A program made the position numbers and the translations under genes. The notes under the pieces are model-generated. The model saw only the letters and a list, made by a program, of their open reading frames with translations. It made no database searches and was not told the origin of the DNA. This document shows positions 60,828 to 64,000 of a stretch of 64,000 nucleotides of DNA, piece by piece; positions within the stretch are counted from its first letter, which is position 1, and every line of letters starts with the position of its first letter. Source of the stretch: Opitutaceae bacterium (lineage in GTDB: Bacteria; Verrucomicrobiota; Verrucomicrobiia; Opitutales; Coraliomargaritaceae); assembly GCA_051252375.1 (NCBI GenBank), contig JBPOFY010000001.1:64001-128000 (forward strand), in the 5' to 3' direction.

Positions 60828-61460
60828 TTAACCGATATAATCCTTTAAATATGCCTGAAGCTGATGCTTGGCATAGTGTAATCTTGAGCGAACTGTGCCG
60901 ACAGAAGTCTTAGTGATTTCTGCGATTTCAGCGTGCTCAAGGCCTTCGATTTCATGTAAAATAACAACAGTGCGATGTTTAAGAGACAATTTTTGCAGCG
61001 CATCGTTCAATTTTTCCTGTAATTCGCTGATTAAAGCTCCTTTTTCGGACTGATTCTTCGCTGTTAAACGCTCAAATATCTCTGAACTGGAGACTTCCTC
61101 GTTAATATTTTCGTAGCTAATAAAGCGCCGGCGATTGCGCTTCTTAAGGAATGTCATCGTCGAATTGATCGCGATACGGTAAAGCCAGGTGAAAAACGAG
61201 GATTTACCCTGGAAACGACCAATCGCCTGAAAAGCCTTAATAAAAGCGTCCTGAGTGAGGTCTGAAGCGTCTTCGCGGTTACTCGTCATGTTATAAATGA
61301 CGGAAAAAATCTGCTCGCGATACTTCTGCACCAGCTGGTCAAATGCACCCACATTGCCGGATTGCACCTTCTGAACCACTGCCCAATCCAAATCGCGTTG
61401 AGACACCTGCACTTCTTGAGCAGGAAAAATCGATTTGGTTGTTGAACTGGTAGCGTCCAT
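60828..61460 (-). CDS. ECF RNA polymerase sigma factor (RpoE-like)
   Basis: AFDQLV, DLTQDAFIKAF, SFFTWLYRIAIN and GTVRSRLHYA motifs. Confidence 0.95.
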   Translation of the reverse strand: MDATSSTTKSIFPAQEVQVSQRDLDWAVVQKVQSGNVGAFDQLVQKYREQIFSVIYNMTSNREDASDLTQDAFIKAFQAIGRFQGKSSFFTWLYRIAINSTMTFLKKRNRRRFISYENINEEVSSSEIFERLTAKNQSEKGALISELQEKLNDALQKLSLKHRTVVILHEIEGLEHAEIAEITKTSVGTVRSRLHYAKHQLQAYLKDYIG

Positions 61461-61541
61461 ATTAGAACACCAACAAAGCAATTTTTATACGAATTGCAAA
61501 GCCTAAGTCGCTTGTTGGACCTCGATCAGTAAATACCGCGA

Positions 61542-62531
61542 TTAATCGTCAAAACCGTCTGGATTGGCTTTATGCCAGCGCCAAGCGGTCTCGATAATGT
61601 CCTTCACCTCGGTAAACTTGATTTCCCAGCCTAATTCCTGCTGTGCCTTGCTTGAATCAGCATAGAGAGCTGGCGGATCGCCAGGGCGGCGCGCGTCTTC
61701 CACGACTGGGACTTTCAGCCCCGTCACAGCTTCAACAGCCTCGATGATCTCACGAACGGAGTTCGGGCGCCCTGTGCCCAAATTATAGAAATAGCCCACA
61801 CCAGCAGCATCCAACTTAGGGAATACGGCAATGTGCGCGCGGGAAAGGTCGTCCACATGGACGTAGTCGCGCAGGCAGGTGCCATCGGGAGTCGGATAGT
61901 CTGTGCCAAAAATCTTGATATTTTCACGGCGACCTGTGGCCGCATCGATGACCAAAGGAATAATGTGAGACTCAGGGTTATGGTCTTCGCCTATCGTGCC
62001 GTCTTCAGAGGCCCCTGCCGCATTGAAGTAGCGGAACGCGGCAAAACTCAAGCCGTAGGCATGCGCGAATGCTTTGAGGCAATTCTCCACATCGAGCTTG
62101 GTTTGACCGTATGGATTGATCGGTGCTTGCGGCAAAGTCTCTACGATTGGCAGGCTCTGCGGCTCACCGTAAGTCGCACAGGTCGAAGAAAAGACGAACT
62201 TTTTAACCCCATTGTCCAACATCGTCTCCAGCAGGCGGAGGGTCGCCACGAAGTTATTTTCGTAGTATTTACGCGGCTCGGTCACGGACTCACCGACATA
62301 TGCAAAAGCGGCGAAGTGCATCACCAGCTCGATCTTTTCATCTCGGAGAATCGGACCAACTGCCTCTGGATCACCCAGATCGACATCATAAAATGGGATT
62401 TCAGGGCTGACCGCACCACGGTGCCCAAAAACTAAATTGTCCAATACCACTGGCTTATGCCCCGCAGCTACTAGCTGACGCACACAATGGCTACCAATAT
62501 ATCCAGCTCCTCCAACAACTAATACGTTCAT
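61542..62531 (-). CDS. galE: UDP-glucose 4-epimerase
   Basis: GGAGYIGSH, FSSTCATYG, YGQTK, RYFNAAGA and RDYVHV motifs. Confidence 0.96.
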   Translation of the reverse strand: MNVLVVGGAGYIGSHCVRQLVAAGHKPVVLDNLVFGHRGAVSPEIPFYDVDLGDPEAVGPILRDEKIELVMHFAAFAYVGESVTEPRKYYENNFVATLRLLETMLDNGVKKFVFSSTCATYGEPQSLPIVETLPQAPINPYGQTKLDVENCLKAFAHAYGLSFAAFRYFNAAGASEDGTIGEDHNPESHIIPLVIDAATGRRENIKIFGTDYPTPDGTCLRDYVHVDDLSRAHIAVFPKLDAAGVGYFYNLGTGRPNSVREIIEAVEAVTGLKVPVVEDARRPGDPPALYADSSKAQQELGWEIKFTEVKDIIETAWRWHKANPDGFDD

Positions 62532-62677
62532 CCTAGTAAACAAACCCCGGAAGATTGCCCTGTCCAAACCAAAAGAATAAATCGTAGAAATAATCTGAAA
62601 CATGGTTTGCGCCCCAGCTATGATTTTACACTATTGACAGGCTTACCTCTATACATGGTAAACCTACCCGCTTATTC

Positions 62678-63916
62678 ATGCATCAGTCGCGCATCGTTAT
62701 CACAGGCATTGGCCTGACCTCGCCGAATGGCAACACACTTGAGGAATACCGTAAGAATCTCCTCGAAGGGGTTGCGGGTATTCAAATGATCGAAATGCGC
62801 TATATGGGCAAAGTCCCTGCTGGCGTCTGCAACTACGATCCCAAGAAATACCAGACCCGCAAAGAACTGCGTGTCGGCACACGCGCCGGCAGCATTGCAA
62901 TTTACTCCGCTCGCGAAGCCGTCGCCAACAGCGGTCTGGACTTTGAGAATTTTGATAAGAGCCGAATCGGCGTCTATGTCGGCACCACTGAGCACGGTAA
63001 TGTCGAAACGGAAAACGAGGTCTACAACATCTCTAAGTTTGAATACGACACCCGTTTCTGGACACACCACCACAATCCTCGGACTGTGGCCAACAACCCC
63101 GCTGGTGAGATCACCATCAACATGGGGATCACCGGACCACACTACACCATCGGTGCCGCTTGCGCTGCTGGTAATGCCGGGCTGATACAAGCGCTGCAAA
63201 TGCTTCGCCTTGGCGAAGTCGATGTCGCGCTCGCCGGCGGTGTCAGCGAAAGCATCCAATCCTTTGGTATCTTCGCGGGATTCAAAAGCCAAGGCGCACT
63301 CGGCACGCACGAAACCGACATCAATAAGACCAGCCGCCCCTTTGACAAAACCCGCAACGGGATCGTCGTTTCCGAGGGCGGTGCTATTTATGTGCTCGAA
63401 CGCCTCGAAGACGCACAAGCCCGCGGCGCCAACATCATTGCGGAAATCGTCGGTTACCGCATCAACTCCGACGCGGGTGACTACGTCCTTCCGGACCCCG
63501 TTCGTCAGACCGAGTGTATGCGTGCCGCCCTTAAAGTCGCAGGCATGACTCCCGAAGACGTCGATATCGTCAACACCCATGCCACGTCGACACCGATGGG
63601 CGACATTCAAGAGTGTAAGGCGATCAGAGAAGTCTTTGGCGACAGTCCGACGACTTACATCAACAACACGAAAAGCTTTATCGGTCACGCCATGGGTGCC
63701 GCCGGCGCCCTCGAACTGGCAGGCAATCTCCCCTCTTTCAAGGACAACATCATCCACCCTACCATCAACGTCGAAGAGCTTGACCCCGAGTGCGCACTAC
63801 GAAATCTCGTCATAAACAAGCCTCTCAAGGTTGACGCGGTCAAAGTTATCCTCAACAACTCTTTCGGAATGCTAGGCATCAACTCCGCGCTTATCGTCAA
63901 GAAGTTCGAAGACTAG
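62678..63916 (+). CDS. fabF: Beta-ketoacyl-ACP synthase II family
   Basis: Cys-His-His triad: AACAAG, THATST, KSFIGH; NSFG motif. Confidence 0.9.
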   Translation: MHQSRIVITGIGLTSPNGNTLEEYRKNLLEGVAGIQMIEMRYMGKVPAGVCNYDPKKYQTRKELRVGTRAGSIAIYSAREAVANSGLDFENFDKSRIGVYVGTTEHGNVETENEVYNISKFEYDTRFWTHHHNPRTVANNPAGEITINMGITGPHYTIGAACAAGNAGLIQALQMLRLGEVDVALAGGVSESIQSFGIFAGFKSQGALGTHETDINKTSRPFDKTRNGIVVSEGGAIYVLERLEDAQARGANIIAEIVGYRINSDAGDYVLPDPVRQTECMRAALKVAGMTPEDVDIVNTHATSTPMGDIQECKAIREVFGDSPTTYINNTKSFIGHAMGAAGALELAGNLPSFKDNIIHPTINVEELDPECALRNLVINKPLKVDAVKVILNNSFGMLGINSALIVKKFED

Positions 63917-63961
63917 ACACTCTTATTATCCATTAGCCCTTAGCTATCAGCTATTCTTAAT

Positions 63962-64000
63962 ATGACAGAAGACCAAGTAAAACAAATCGTCATCGACATC
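63962..64000 (+). CDS. Probable acyl carrier protein, 5' end only (truncated by window edge)
   Basis: ATG 63962 gives MTEDQVKQIVIDI, resembling ACP helix 1, directly after fabF; only 13 codons visible. Confidence 0.55.
   Translation, partial: MTEDQVKQIVIDI

Noticed and set aside
62672..63757. 361-aa minus-strand ORF
   Set aside because: Antisense shadow of fabF with no motifs; typical of biased codon usage. The same applies to the many short antisense ORFs over ilvD, pgi, dapL and gcvP.

Overview
Bacterial chromosomal window, probably from Verrucomicrobiota/Opitutia (Coraliomargarita-like; inferred from gene content and protein style, not from a search). Most of it is housekeeping: pheA, scpB, ilvD, pgi, tcdA, aroQ, panE/panC, nadB, dapL, ExbB/ExbD/TonB-like genes, tmk, can, tag, miaA, gcvP/gcvT, an ECF sigma operon, galE and fabF. 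The most interesting region is the first ~9 kb. A LuxD-type acyl-ACP thioesterase (Ser-Asp-His motifs intact) fused to a class I SAM methyltransferase heads a translationally coupled operon with a multi-TM GAF histidine kinase and a GAF-PAS-degenerate GGDEF-REC protein, followed by a response regulator. Divergent from it are a pseudo-receiver hybrid kinase and a FadL-type fatty-acid porin. This looks like a candidate fatty-acid (methyl ester) cell-cell signalling system, which is inference only. Other oddities: a PheA with two complementary partial chorismate mutase domains; an HtrA-like protein lacking all three catalytic residues in the sigma/anti-sigma operon; a DUF1800/DUF1501/pseudopilin-like secreted trio; a PglC-ACP-SDR-ligase cassette; a stand-alone OvoA-type methyltransferase; a 48-aa lipoprotein missed by the ORF track; and GTAG/GGAG REP-like palindromes with co-varying stems. 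I recognised no rRNA, tRNA, CRISPR array or transposase.
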